Of a DNA stretch of 64,000 nt, positions 25,073-39,386 are shown one piece after another; the first letter of the stretch is position 1, and every line of letters starts with the position of its first letter. Source of the stretch: Rhodosorus marinus CCMP1338 (lineage: Eukaryota; Plantae; Rhodophyta); assembly GCA_029953675.1 (NCBI GenBank), contig JAMWBK010000003.1, forward strand, positions 248,001-312,000, read 5' to 3'. The notes beneath the pieces were generated by a model. It was not told where the DNA came from and searched no databases. It was given only the letters and a program-made list of their open reading frames with translations. The position numbers were made by a program, and so were the translations under genes.

Positions 25073-25399
25073 CGTCGAGTCTTACGGTTTCAAAGTAGAG
25101 GAGCTCCACCCAATCAATAAGACTCAAACTGGTGCTTTCCATGGGTTCCCAGACTAACGTAACCCCAGCACAATCCGTCCGGGCGCAAGTTTTTCTCCAA
25201 TATGTATGGGCAAACGCGCCCCTTGACTTCGCTTTTGATGGAGAGACAGGCTCTTCGGTTCTTCAAGATACAGTGCTTGTGTTCCTCGAAGCACTCGGGT
25301 TGAGCTCCATCTCGCGAGTTTTCGTAGCGTTGAGGTGATTGCTCTGCGTGCTCCAGTCAATCTAAGGAGAATACTGTCATGCTCAAAAGTTGTCTCTCG

Positions 25400-26176
25400 C
25401 GACTAGTCATCGGGCGGGCTTTTCGTGTTCTCTTCTTTCTTCCTCCGCTTGCTCTGGTCTGGTCCATTCTTCTCGCTCTTCAACACCTGGGTAGTTGTAG
25501 GAAAAGTACGGCGCTGAGCTTTGACTTACAGAAACATGATTTGACCTTGTCAGTCAGATAGAATGACCACCTTTCTTAGTCTCCTAGAATGCTTGCTACA
25601 CAAACTGAGCTTTACGAGTGTGGTTTTCTTTGTCCTTTTCTCTTCATAAGAAAATGGAACCTCAAACGTCAGAAGCCCATTGCTCCTTCTACAGCGCTCC
25701 TCCCCGCATACTTGTGAGCCTTTGCCAGTTCTCACTTCTTCTTCTGTACACCATCGGAGACCCAAAAGACCTAAGGGCAGACAAGTTTATATCCTCAGTT
25801 TCCTTCCTTGGATCCAGGTTCTGTTGTGGACGTGGTAGCCGTCCTCACCATCACGGTAGCGAGAAAGATTCGCAATAGCATACTCCTTGAACATCCGATC
25901 GTAGTGCTTCCTTGCCAGCTTTTCCTCATAGCTCATCTCTTCCAAAGGCACATCATCATCCTCTCTCAGAAACTCAAAGTTTTCACGCAGCACGTCAGCG
26001 TCTGTCTTCCTCTTGACTTCCCTATCGGAGTCATCACCTCCATAATACCTCCTTCTATCCCGTTCAGAACGGACAAAACGCTCATTTCTCGTCATTCCAG
26101 ATACTCTCAGCGCAGCATCACGTCTAGAAGCCGAGCCGTAGACTTCTGCTATCGAATCCGACCGATGAAAGCTCAT
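25400..26176 (-). CDS. FRA10AC1: FRA10AC1 homolog (spliceosome-associated)
   Basis: 'TDADVLRENFEFLR', 'EEKLARKHYDRMFKEYAIANLSRY', 'GLRWCTEEEVRTGKG..VCG...C', 'FEVPFSYEE...KK.TLVKL.LC..HS'. The last exon boundary is approximate. Confidence 0.92.
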
Positions 26177-27146
26177 CCTCTACGCCTAATAAGTAACGTC
26201 TATTTCAATATATACCTCGTAAAATCCTTCACGCTGCATCAAAGGCCCCATCAACAAACCCATTTGGAGCAATCTGTCCTCTCCAAGCTCAGCTCAGCTC
26301 GTCAAAACCTCTTTTCACCTTTTACGACTTGACTGGCATCAAGCTCTTGAGTTCCGAATTGACCCGCCCCAGCAGAGAACGAAACTATCTACTGGTATGT
26401 AATGAAACGGATTTTTGGAGGGGGCTTGCAACGCCTTTGTAGCTTACCCAACGAATTCCAGTATGTTGCAGACTCTTGAAGGTCAACCAGGTCCGGCTTG
26501 ATACCAAGAACAACCCTTAAAGAAAGGGGACAAAGCTATTTCCTGATATCGAATCAACTGGATTTTGGTATTGAAACGCCTCAAGATATCTTTCTCCGGC
26601 CGAAGAAGAGTCTGTCGCTTTGGACATGGACGTCATCGAGCTTTTGGTTTCCGACGAAGCAAACCGTCCAGAAGAGGACAAATCGATCTGAAGGTATTCT
26701 GCCCCTTAGGATCCAATGCTCGAGATGAATACTAGTTTCGTCTTCGGGTCTTCCGCTTGATGAATATCATGAATTCCAGTTTCCGAAGAATACTAGTCTT
26801 TCTCAAACCTTAAATCCTTGGGCGTGAAGTTTGCTATCCAGCCAGGTTTCCGATGAAGCGGCCTCTTCACAGCCCCCGTCGTGTTGTGAAAGAGCAGCTT
26901 CCTGTTCGAATAGGCAGTTTGGGAAGAGGAAGGAGCTGACCGCCACAGAGGAGGTTGAGCTTTTTGATTTTAGGGTTTGAAATGAAATCAGCAATTGAAT
27001 GATAGATTTTTGAATAGGAACAATGAGCCTGTTGGGAGGTTGATAGGAAGAGCTCCACCCAACGTCAGAGTTGGTTGGGTTTTTGCTTTGAGGTTTTGGT
27101 TTTTTTTTGGTTTTGGTATTCTTCGTCCTCCATTTTGAAGAACGAA

Positions 27147-30100
27147 ATGAGTGCTGAGGTCGTGGAGAACGCGGAGAAGCATGCTTCTTCAACTTCTCCG
27201 GTAAGAACTAGACAGCTGGTGTAACTCTTGGTTAATCCTCTCCACTCAAATCTGGTGTCTCTCTTTTTGGTCAGGTTGTGAAAGAGCTTGTCCTCACAGG
27301 TCTATCTGAGAAGAAGATCGCGTCTTTAGAGTTTGGGACGTTGGATCCAGGGGAGTGCTCAAAGCTATCCACTATCGAGATTGAAAATGGCGAAATGTAT
27401 ACCTCCAGACGAGATCCAGCTCGTAATGGACCTCTTGATCCCAGGTTGGGTAAGGGTTTCGCGCTTGTCTTTTATGTTTTCAACGCTTTTATGTTTTCAA
27501 CGCATCGGATCTACTGTCGAACCGTGCGTATTGATGTATACCATACTCGTGCATGCACCACAGGGCCCATCGATAAACGCGCTGTCTGTGATACTTGCGG
27601 TTCCGACCTTGCAAATTGCGCTGGTCATTGGGGATGCATTCGGCTCGCGTTGCCAGTATTTCACATTGGATTTTTCAAGACCACCGTCCAAATTCTGCAA
27701 ATGATTTGTAAAACTTGCTCAAGGATATTGATCCTCGAGCCCGAGAGAAGTCAGCTGCTGCAGAGAGTTCGGAGGCCTAAAATCGTACGGGCTTGCAACG
27801 ACCGCACTTTCGCAAGAATTGTGCAGTTTTCCCGCGCTCACCTGTTTCGCGTTTCTCGTTTGGATATTGTAGACTTCGGAGTCACATGTTCGCAACGCAA
27901 TGCTAAAGAGGATCTGGACAAAAGCGAAGAAAAATTCTGTCTGCCCTTGGTGCGGAGCCGTCCAGGGTCCCGTTAAGCGTGTAGGGGTTTTGAAGATAGT
28001 TCACTATCCCCACAACGTGAAACTATCTCGCATCCACCAGCACAGAAAACTTGAGGTTGGTGGCACTTGTGTAAGCAGCCTCAGCGCGCTGGCATTCACT
28101 AACGCGGTGCTCATTTTTAAACGATCTGCAGCTGCAGGATTTTTCTGCAGTGATTTCGAAAAACCCTGAAATTGAAAGACACCTGGGAAAAGCGGCCGAC
28201 GACCTTACTCCCATCAGAGTTCTTCGCCTGTTTCAGCAAGTTCCTGACGACGATGTTGAGCTCCTACTCATGAACCCGAAAATCGGCCGCCCGGAAAAGC
28301 TTTTAATGACCATCTTAGCGGTTCCTCCCGTTTGCATACGCCCCAGCGGTGAGTTTCGTCCGTGTACAGCTGATGTTGAACAAATCCTAAACCCCGGTAC
28401 CTTTGTGCGCTTCCAAAACAGTTTGCGCTGACCCAACTGTTGGGTCGACGGAGGACGACTTGACAATTCTGTTTTCTCAGATTGCCAATACGAACAATGG
28501 AATCAAAGAAGCGCTAAGCAGGGGTAATCCCGTAGAGCAAATTTTCGAACTGTGGGAGTTTATTCAGGTACCTTCTTCTTCAGGCTCGGCAGAACTCCCC
28601 TCCAAGCCGAATTTCAAGCTTTTAGCTCAGTCAGTCTGACCTGCACGGGATCTCATGTGAATGCTTGTAACTGAAGGTGCTTTGTGCTCGGTTCATCAAC
28701 TCTGATCTGCCCGGAGTGCCACCTTCAGTAACGGGAACGAAGCCCGTACGGGGCCTCAGTCAACGACTAAAAGGAAAGACTGGTAGATTCCGAGGCAACT
28801 TGAGCGGAAAAAGAGTGGATTTCACCTCGAGAACAGTAAGACAATCGAGCTTCCTCAACCATCTACTCCGATGAGGTCTACGCCTGACCTTTTCGAAATC
28901 GGGCATTTCTGCAAAAACATTGATTAGGTTATTTCTCCGGACCCGAACCTACGAATTGATGAAGTAGGAGTTCCTATTCGAGTTGCTCGCACTTTGACGT
29001 ACCCAGAAAGGGTGACCAGTCACAACATTGAGCGGCTCCGAAAGATGATACTGAAAGGACCTGACGATTATCCGGGCGCAAACTTCATTGAATTTCCCGA
29101 CAGTACGTTATCAGTCTCCCGAAAGCAGTTTGTCAAATGTTTTTGGATCTTAGTAAGGGCCGTCAACCCACTCTTTCTCTAGAATCGAAGAGATATCTCA
29201 AGTACGGCGATCGTCACAAGTATGCACAAGAGATTGGAGCCGGGTGCATAGTCGAAAGACACCTGGTGGATGGCGACATCGTTCTGTTCAACCGGCAACC
29301 TAGTCTCCACAAGAACTCGATTATGTCGCACAGTGTCAAGGTCGTCCCCTGGAGAACCTTCCGCTTCAACGAGTGCGCCTTTCCCACGAAGCGCGTACTA
29401 TGGATTCCTGCCGCACGAAAATGTAAATCTGAATCCTACGTTTTGGCAACAGATGTGTTTGCGCGCCGTACAATGCTGATTTTGACGGTGATGAGATGAA
29501 TCTTCACGTTCCGCAGACGGAGGAAGCAAGAGCGGAGGCTTCTGAATTGCTTTGCACACTGAGAAATATAGTCACAGCACGAAACGGGGAACCTCTGATT
29601 GCAGCGACCCAGGATTTTTTAACGGTAAGCCAGGCCTGTTCTTTAGAAGCATCTCATTCTACTCGGTCTTTTCGAATCCCTCACCTGTGGAGGACTCGCC
29701 TGCGCATTTCTTGGTTTCCGAACCACTAGGCTTCGTACTTAATTACGAGAAAAGATCGATTCTTTGATCGGGCTGAAGCAGGTAGAATTCTGAGCTTCCT
29801 GATGGACGCGGAGGAGCATGTGGTCCTCCCGGAGCCTGCGATTATCAAACCGATTGAACTATGGACAGGTGAGAGGAACGTACATGGATTAGTAACGAGA
29901 ACTTGATTGTGAGAGTTATGAAGCCTAAATGGTTGATCGGTTCTGCCTTTCAGGCAAGCAGATATATTCGTGCCTATTGCTGAGTGCCGTCGGTTTCGAC
30001 CAGGAGCGTCTACGAGGCTTTACTCTTGAATGCGCTGAGAAGTCGTTCTCACTGCGAGCTATGAAGAGTGACTCTTATCCGCCACATATGTGCCCACAAG

Positions 30101-33100
30101 ATGGGTGAGTATCGGTCTGCAGAGCGAATAAGCAACTCCCCAGTGTTCTCGGCCTCACTCTGCTCGTCCTCCCTAGGTGGGTGGCCGTTGACAATGGAGA
30201 GATAATTTCTGGTCAACTTGGAAAGGGCAGCCTAGGATCGGGCTCGAAGAAATCGATTCTGTACTGCCTTATGAGGGAGTGCGGGAACGAAGTAGCAGCA
30301 TCAGCAATGAACCGTATCGCCAAGTTTTCGGCAAGATGGCACTCGGACGCAGGATTCTCCATCGGACTGGATGACGTGACTCCTTCGGGTCAGCTTACAC
30401 GGCGAAAAATGGAGATCGTACAGGCAGGGTAAGCTACTCAGATAGACGAGCTCGGTGCCGCTGTGCCCTCCATCCTCCCTGTTTCCAAAACATACTCAAT
30501 GTGAGTACAAGCCTGATCCCTAAGTATTGATCCGGTTACGTGCGCTTATTTGCAGGTATGAAAAGTGTGAGGAGATTATAGGCCTTCTCGCAAAAGGAAA
30601 GCTCCAGCCTCGCCCGGGGTGCAATCAGGAGCAAACGATGGAAGCCCTCGTCAACCACGAGCTGTCTGGTATTCGTGAAGAGGGGGGTACGCAGAAGCTT
30701 GCTATTACTTTCTTATCAACGCGCTGAACCTTACGTCAAGGTTTTTCAAGGTTTTAAACTCACCTGATCATGGGACTGAACAATGTTAATAGGCAAGGCC
30801 TGTATAAACGAGATCGACCCCAAAGAAAACGCAGCGCTAGCAATGGCCTTGTGCGGATCGAAGGGAAGCAACATTAATATATCACAAATGGTGGCCTGTG
30901 TCGGGCAACAGACGGTTGGGGGAAAACGCCCTCCAAACGGGTTTTTCGGACGTGCTTTGCCACACTTTGAAGGCGGTGAGTGTTCAGCTCATTCGTGGGT
31001 GTAATTTTTTGTGTTGGTAGCTTCGCAATGGGGCATGAAAGAACTAATACTTTTCTGTACGAATGTTCACAATAGGCTTGAAGGCTCAAACGCCAGCCGC
31101 GAAGGGCTTTGTTCAGAACAGCTTTTTTTCGGGTCTCACAAGCACTGAGTTCTTCTTTCACACAATGGGCGGCAGGGAGGGTTTGGTTGATACCGCAGTG
31201 AAGACAGCTCAGACAGGTACGATCCGGTGGTCAATCCAGTCTTTTCGTTCGAACAGCGAGACTCACTGCCAAGGGCCTTCTGAACTGGATTTGACTTATC
31301 TAGGCTATATGCAAAGAAGGCTGATGAAAGCGCTGGAAGATCTGGGAGTTATGTACGATTCAACTGTTCGAGCAAGCGACGGGTCCGTCGTACAATTCAC
31401 TTACGGTGATGATGGGCTTGATCCGGCAGAAATGGAGAGCGAATTTGACGGAAGACCGCTCAACTTCGACAGGTAAAGCACGGGCTATATGTGCTACAGT
31501 AGTGGACTTCGTTTTTTGAAAGTTACGTATCTAACGTTCCAGGGCGATTCCCGTTGGTTGTGATCAGATCATTCTCGGACGGAAAGGCTTTCAATCGATC
31601 ATCCACAGAACGGGTTCTCACACCAGAGCAGCTGGTTGACCTAGCTGACAATATCCAAGAGAGACCGGACGTATTCAAGATGAATCTCCCGCTCGTCGTG
31701 CGGGATCTCGTGTCCACTATAAAGAAGGTAGTGCTACGAAATTCCTATAGTCATGGTAAGCCAAGCTGTGGGCTCACGACGTTCTGCCTTTTCAAATGTG
31801 CAGAGTGCTCAAAAACACCAAGCCGCGCGTGAGATGCATGATCTGAAGTCGTTCAAAACGGATGAGGACCGCGTTGCGTGGCTAGAGACAGTCGACGAAG
31901 CCTATGGCATAAGACCGAATCAAGTTGAACGGCTTGTCGCAACCATGAAGAGCAAGGTGCTCAAGTGTTCAATTGAACCCGGTACAACGGTTGGAGCGAT
32001 TGGTGCAACAAGTATTGGGGAGCCCGCAACACAAATGACTCTCAAGACTTTCCATTTCGCTGGCGTGGCTTCAATGAACATAACACTCGGTGAGGATACA
32101 AAGCCATTCATGACTGCATCTCTGTGACCCGCGGAATCTAGTTTTCATCCTTTTTGACGAATGTTCTTCCTACATCCCGCAGGTGTACCAAGAATAACCG
32201 AGATTATAAACGCTTCCAAATCAATATCCACCCCCATCATAACGGCTCCTCTGGTAAATGACAGGGACGTCCTCACCGCCAGGATCGTGAAGGGAAGAAT
32301 CGAGAGGACAACCCTAGGACAAGTTGCAAAGTACGTCCGCGTGGTGTATAGAGGCGGCGATGTAAGTGGATGATGATGAACATATCACACGCTAGTTCTC
32401 TCGAACAAGTCACTGAGAAGGGAGCGCACTGTCATCAATCTTTGCAGGTATATATTTCAATTAGGTTGAACGTAGAGGTGATCAGTAAGCTGCACCTGGA
32501 GATAATCATTGGCAGGGTTAGAACCTCAATAATTCGAACGCTGAAAGCGAAGGAGGCGGATGTGACGGTGATGTCGAAGGACAAGATTCATGTCCGTCCC
32601 TCCCAGCACATGAAGGGTTCTCTGTTTTATCAGATCAACAACCTTTTATCGAGATTGCCGAAGTATGTACCGTGCCGCTGGTCGAATTGTCTTGCTTTTG
32701 GATCCACTGGGCGGCGTGACTGAAATAGTTCTGTTTTATTTTTTTCTCCCCCCGTCAGTGTCGATGTGGAAGGCCTCCCAGGTGCGAGGAGGGCGGTGAT
32801 CAACGACGTAAATGAAGGAGCGGGAACACCAAAATACAACCTGCTGGTTGAAGGGGATTGTATGTTGCGAGTTATGACGATTCCTGGCGTTCGGGTGTGC
32901 TAACTACTATAGAGAAATTTCCGTCTTTAAGCCAGCAAGTGCTAACCTCTTCGCAATATTGCGGTTATCTTTTAGGGAGAGGAAACGACTTGCAACCACG
33001 TCGCGGCAGTTGAGAAGACACTTGGCATAGAAGCAGCAAGGAAGACGATTATGAACGAGATCGTATACACCATGGAGAGCCACGGAATGTCTATAGACGT

Positions 33101-33609
33101 TCGACATGTGACCCTGCTCGCTGATGTGATGAGTTTTCGCGGGGAAGTCCTTGGTATCCAAAGGTAAGCTCGGCTCTTGAATCAAAGCGTTGCCAGTTGT
33201 GAGTACTTTTGACCTCGTCGTTAATTCTCCAAACTTGAAAACGTTCGTCCTTGATAGGTTCGGAATCATCAAGATGAAGACGTCGACGCTGATGCTTGCG
33301 TCCTTCGAGACGGCAGTGGACCATTTGTTCGATGCTGCGGTAAGTTTCTTATGATCTCGTAATCGTTTGACGAACGACGGTGGACAACACATAACATCGG
33401 ACTGAAAAGAAAGAGAAACGCCAACAACCCCCCGGAAACAGGTTCACAGTAGGAAGGACGATGTCGTCAGTGTTTCCGAGTGCATCATCCTCGGTGTACC
33501 GATTCCACTGGGCACGGGCCTCTTCAAGTTAATGAGATCGGCTTCCCAGTCTCCGGTTCCGGCTCAACGCCAATTCCTGCTTCGCGATACGTTCAAACCA
33601 ATTTTGTAG
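27147..33609 (+). CDS. RPC1: RNA polymerase III largest subunit, with roughly two dozen short introns
   Basis: '[20 protein letters not shown]', catalytic '[11 protein letters not shown]' (about 29470), '[20 protein letters not shown]', '[25 protein letters not shown]'. It ends '[18 protein letters not shown]' with no heptad CTD, as expected for Pol III. Confidence 0.96.
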
Positions 33610-33777
33610 ATCCAACTTCCGACCTGAGCAGGCTGCTATCTAACACCCTGGCCATGGTCCAGTATTGTATTACTCTGTAAACATTGTTTTTGTGTTAGAC
33701 CTGTAAAGAGCATGCTTGTTCATCTTGTGCTACAGCGGTCAAGGCCGAGTGTTCCGAACCCTTGCCGCATAAAATAG

Positions 33778-36700
33778 TTAGGCGTGCACACGTTTCAAAA
33801 CTGCCCTTGACGATATAGTACTACCCTCTGGACAGGCTACAGCAAACAAATCTCCGAATACGACCTTGTGATCGTGCTTATATCTCTCTCGCGCAAGGGT
33901 CCGCAGCGGTTCGCTGTCCTCTCGACTAGTGCCTGGAGCGGAATCAACGGAAAGTTTACGTTTGTCAGACGGAGCATCCAAACAGCAAGGATTGTGCGGA
34001 GGGAAGAGCTACTACCTTTTGAACCATCAACATTAACCGCCATGCAGCGAACACACGGCTTGACGTTGGCAATCGCAAGCTCACCTGCGTTAAACCGTCC
34101 CTTAAAATCCGCGCTCGCAACTGGTGAAGTCTCGACATAAACGTTGCCTCGGAACACATCCTCGTCAGCTGGAAGCTTTCCGTCCTTGATCAGCTTCTCG
34201 TTCAGGCTCCTAACGGTGGCTCGAGAGACAACCAGAAGCGCCTCCTCGTTCTGCATTTGAGAAACCCCTTCTACGATTCTAACATCAGCTTTTAAAACTC
34301 TTGAAAGCCACTCCCAGGAACTTGGCAAGCCCGCATCTGCATCAAACAGAATCGAAGCTCAGGCACGGCGAAATTGTGGACGCTCGTTTTCTGTTCCCCA
34401 TTGAATTCCAATTGACGGCGATAGCTACCTCTAACCTGCTCCATTCTACCACATACCCGAATCTCACGGTTCTCTTGAGCTGAATTCTCCTCCAAAGGTA
34501 CAGATATAGATTCCTCCCCAGCGGCGAAACCCAGTTCGGCCGCTACCGCGTCACTGATCTTCAAAGTAAGGCATGTCCCTGCCGGGTCTATCTCTGCCTC
34601 AACAAACGCCATTCGTGGATTCCTAAGCAGCAAGGATACAGCCTCTTAGCAAAAGCACACCCAGCAACACTACATGTTTGGGAATCGCGAAGCAGATACC
34701 CATTGGCATACTTTTTCAACGAAATCGCTCTCTTCACCCCTCGCTCGATTACTGAAAACCTGCGGTCCTGGCTTAAGCCGTCCGGCCCGATCTTCCACTG
34801 ATCCACGTCCATGCCCCCAAGACCCTTCACCGGGTAGACAACAATACGCTTCACTTGGATCTCTTGAACCGGTACGCTAGGGTTGATCGTCACTTCGTTT
34901 GCATCGCTGAGGAAGTGGTCCCCGAGAAAAGCTATTAGTTTGTCCACATCATCCATAGTGCTCGCCAGTCCAAAAGAGACTCGTACTGCACCAGTTCTCA
35001 TGTCTTTGACAATGTCCTTTGTTTGTTGAGAACAGTGAACGATGGAATTCAGTCTAGATTGAGCCGGCAAGTCACTACGGCAGTACCACAGAATTGCGTT
35101 CTTCTGGACATACCTTGTCATCTCCGCAAACATGTCCGGCTTCGTACTGCGCCTGAACGTCTTCGCTTGAAAGTCCTAGAAGCCGGTGGCATGCACCAGG
35201 ACTACACATGCACCCAGTCCGCAGTGCGATTCCTGTCTCAAATGAGGCACCAACTGATTTCAGCAACTACATCCAGGATAGATTTGATGCACCAAAACCT
35301 CACCTTCCAATGCGGCATATTTTTCCACTGTTTTGTGGCCGATCGCGTTGCCATGGTGATCGTTCAGAACGAATGCAATCACTGAGCCCGCCGACTCCTG
35401 AACAAGCACCATCTCGTTGTCCGGACCTGCAAGGCAACGGTGGACACAAAGGACGCTTAGAGAGCTGCAACGACCGATCATGCAAAATGAAGTAGACGAG
35501 AACAAGCTTCCCGACGAAGATCTGCTGTTGATTCTCGGTCAGAAGGTCCGGTCTCGAATGAAGCGATCAAGTCAACGCTCACCCACTTGGTCGTCCAGAA
35601 TTGTGACCAGTTTTTGTCCGTTTGAGTACGACATGATCTCGAGTCTGGAGACAGCCTCAGATTTGAGTTCGCAAACAACCTGAGAAGTTCTGGAGACACC
35701 ACCAATTCTCTCGAGCTGGTCGAATCCACTTTTAAGTGCAGCCAAAGCATTCATGTTCAACGATCCGTCCTCAAAAAAGTCCTCTGTAATGGATTTAGGG
35801 CGTATGAATCCATCGCTCGAATAGGCAGCCACCGTACCACCGCCAAAGAATGACTAAAACGGCACAAAGGCACAAAGGAGACGAGAGTTAGATCGGACCT
35901 CGATGTCTCCGGTCTTGCAACTGCAAGTCACACCTTTCCACGCTTCAGAAGCTTCTCTCCTACCGACCGCTTCTTGACGATCATAGCAGCCAAGCCCGTC
36001 GGATATCCGAACAGTTTGTAAAACGACATCACGAATATGTCAATGTCGGGATTCTGGGAGAGATGTATCTTTGACGTCGATGCGAGCTTTGCCCCATCAA
36101 CTAACGTAGCTACTTGTCCACCAGCGAATCCTGCAGAAGTCATGGTATTCCGTTCGCTTCAATGCCAATGCTCGGATTCAGAAGCAGGTGAGATCTTCAG
36201 CAGACAACAGACCTGAAACTCCATTTCGCTTCACGTGTGAACAGATGTCCAAACTATACCTTCTGCCAGAGAAGTTAGATTCTCCAGGAAACGCGAATAG
36301 TGCAAAATTTGAGTCGTCAGGGTTTAGCGAGTCTTCAGGTCTTTGAAGCAGCTCTTGAAGTTGACAGGGATCGAGAACACGAGAAGCTGCTCCGTAGCGA
36401 TTAGCCTGGGGATATCCCACAGTCAATCAGAGTTCTGAAACCTGTCGTTTGGATGTAAGAAGATGCGCTTACTATATCCTTAATGGACATCAAGGATTGG
36501 TGAGCGTCCGCAGAGATGATGGCCTTGCAGCCTTCATTCCAGGGGAGGCATGACCCCACCAAGTTGAGCGCTGCTGTTGCTCTTAATGTTCACAAGAAGA
36601 AGAAAAGGGGCGTATTGCCGGGGAGAAACATACGCAGAAACTCTTAGCGTACGCCTGATTTCTGGGAGCTTGAAAGGCACCTTCAAGACCTCTTCGAAGC

Positions 36701-37142
36701 TGTTTACCCTGAAGTGAACACCACCGCGTGCGATTCTTTCGTTACATCAAAGTGCTTAAGAACCATATCTCTACATTGGTCAATCAGCTTCGAGCTTGCC
36801 GTAGATAAACTCCCAGAACTAGCTGGATGGCCACACATATCCTTCACCAACAGTCGAGCCGTTTCCTCAACCTAAAGAACCAAACAAAAACCAAACAAAA
36901 TCATATAACTCAGATGTCTTCGGGGTGGACTGTCGTTTGACAAAACGCTAGCCAACCTGGAAGGATGTATACAACGCCGCTCCAGCATAATCAAGGTAGC
37001 ACTCGCCTCTAAGCCTTGATCTAATATCTAACCATTTAAACGCAAATACGAAAAACTGTTCAGTCAAACATCGGCCCTCTGACACAGACATACCCTAACC
37101 ATCGTCTCCATTCTCACCATCTTTCACCTTCTCAAATTCCAT
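33778..37142 (-). CDS. MOCOS: Molybdenum cofactor sulfurase (NifS-like PLP domain + MOSC domains), multi-exon
   Basis: 'CYLDYAGAALY', 'SFYKLFGYPTGL' (PLP lysine), 'FEDGSLN', 'LRTGCMCSPGAC', 'GAVRVSFG', MOSC-N 'VYPVKG', 'FRGNVYV', 'EPLRTLARER'. Confidence 0.93.
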
Positions 37143-37806
37143 CTTCTTCTAACTACTTAAGTAGTCGTTCAAGTCCTTCCTCCCAATTCAACAGACAGAA
37201 CTTCCCAAAACCCTAATGTCTCATTCCACAACGGCCCCCAACCCCTTTTTTCCATCTATTTTCATACCGTTTTCAGGGATTTCATATCATCTACAGGATT
37301 TAGATCTCCTTCGTCAGCAATATGAACTTAATGTCATCCTCAGGCTCAGGATGAAGAGGTTCGCTTGTCCTGTCAATGCGGAATCCAAAGTTCGATGTAT
37401 CCTATAGAATCTTCCTTAGGAATCTGTAAGGGTTTCTGTTATGGACAGTATAGGAACTGAGGTGTAGAAGACGATCCATTGCTGGAGTAAGTCTTGGCTG
37501 TTGGGGTTCTTATATAGCTAGCTGAATAGGAGAAGGGCCGATGTATGGTATAGAACGATTCTTTAGGACCGGACAAGTCCCTTCATTGACAGCGTAAGGA
37601 TTTGGAGATAGATCTCGACGTCTTGGGTGGTCACCCGGTTTATTGAGAAGGTCGAGTTTTTGGTTTGGTCTTCTGAACAGGACACAGACGCGGGTTGATG
37701 CATTCCGTACAACACTTATTTAGGACTGGATCAGGTTAGTTTGTTATGGCTGATTTCAGAAGGTAACAAGATGATTGAATGAGCGGCATAAGGTTTAGGA
37801 CGATAG

Positions 37807-39386
37807 ATGGGACCCAAACGACAGTCATCGGGAATCTCCAACGGAGAAGACCGAGATGGGGTAGGAGTGAGGGGCAGTTGGGGATGTAGTTCGAGTACGA
37901 GGAGGCTGTCGAGGCTGGTTTTTCAGCGGCTTGTTGCTCCTGCCTCGGTGGCCTATGTTGAGGAACTGATGAGCGCCGATCAGCATAGAGTTTTGGTGCT
38001 AAGAGGCGAAAAACAAAGGATTGGAGCCGGCTTGGCGATCGATGCTGCGATAGCTGCGTTAGAGGATTATCTACTAGCTCCAGTTCAATCGGAATATATT
38101 CAAGATGAACCTATCGTTTCCTCTGGACATCTTATCCTTGTTCCTAGAGCTCCAGGACTCGAAACAGAAGTTTCAATACTTACATCCGACACCGCCTCTC
38201 TCCCTAGACATATGTTCGCGGTTGAGAAAGGTATGAGTACGATATTCAACACTGTTTCATTCATGAAGCGATTCTGAATCCATATATAACATCGCGCTGG
38301 ATGGACTAGTCCAGGCGAAGAAGGCCAAGAAGCAGCGGGTAATCAAAGTTGGCGATGGCGATGCACTTTTCGTCCCACGAGGAGTCCTGATCTCGGCTGG
38401 GAAGGAACCCGTCCTAGGTTTTTGCCTGAATACAGGCTGGTTGTGGGCGGATTTAATTGGTAAGAAGGTTTCTCGAACACACATCTCCACCCTGTCCGAC
38501 CAATGGTCGACTAGGCACTAATCACAGCCGACGACAACAGGAGGCTGCATTTCTGATCTAGTCGACAGAGCTGCGGAACATGAACGAGGACTGAGGCAGA
38601 CATTGCCGACTAGAACGCTTAGTACGTTCGGCGCAGCTGTGAAGAAACCCGCCAGACAGAGGAAAGGGTTACTCCTCCAGGAATACGGGGCTCGGTTAGC
38701 AAAAAAATCGCTGGCTCGTCAGTTTGATATCGACTATGCCGCAGATCAGCTTGCTAAACGATTCTTCTCCAGACGGTTAGCTACTTCTGCACCCCGCATC
38801 GTAGTAGCACACTGATGATTTTCGGCTTAACCTGGTGCACAAACATGATTGAATCCTTGCGTTTAGGAAACTTCCGCCAATGCGACTACCTGAAGCCTAT
38901 GAACCCGTTGATCAGGACACTCTGGTCAGGTAAGAGCGCGACGGAAAGACTGTATGTTTGTCTATTCCATGGCGTCTCTAACAGAATGCGACTCCGTGCA
39001 GGTTGCTCTTCAGCTCCGTCCTGAGGATCATTGTGAGCGGCAACGATGGTCAGACGCAGGTTCTTTACTGCTCGGGATCAGGCCGCGGAGAGATCACCTG
39101 CACCGCCCAAGAAGCCAACGCGATTAGTTTCTTGTGTAGAAGATATCCACGCTGGATACCTGTGAGGCTTATACGCCAGGCACTCACCTTGTTTTCTTCA
39201 TGTCCATTGAAGGTGTCCATCTGCTCGTTTCTGGTGATATAGGCCCGTGCAATACCGATGGAGAGCGAAGAGGACCGACTTAATCTCGCTAGATGTCTTA
39301 GAAGCATGGGAGCTCTTGCTCTTGGGACGGATAGAGACGCCGTTGACCTTTCTCAGAGGCAGTGGTTCTCTCCTGGAAGCACCTAG
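37807..39386 (+). CDS. Divergent ribosomal oxygenase RIOX1/NO66-MINA53-like protein, multi-exon
   Basis: Segments are collinear with NO66: 'RLVAP...RVLVLR', 'GDGDALFVPRG' (cf. PGDLLYFPRG), 'WADLI...AAEHERGLRQTLP' (cf. WGDFL...AMEENVEFRRGLP), 'DYAADQLAKRF' (cf. DAVADQRAKDF), 'ANAISFLCRRYP' (cf. ADAMELLLGSYP), 'ESEEDRLNLARCL' (cf. DSVEDQLSLATTL). Confidence 0.7.

Noticed and set aside
26330-26960. Possible spliced gene between FRA10AC1 and RPC1
   Set aside because: Splice-like signals exist, but no consistent reading frame could be assembled.
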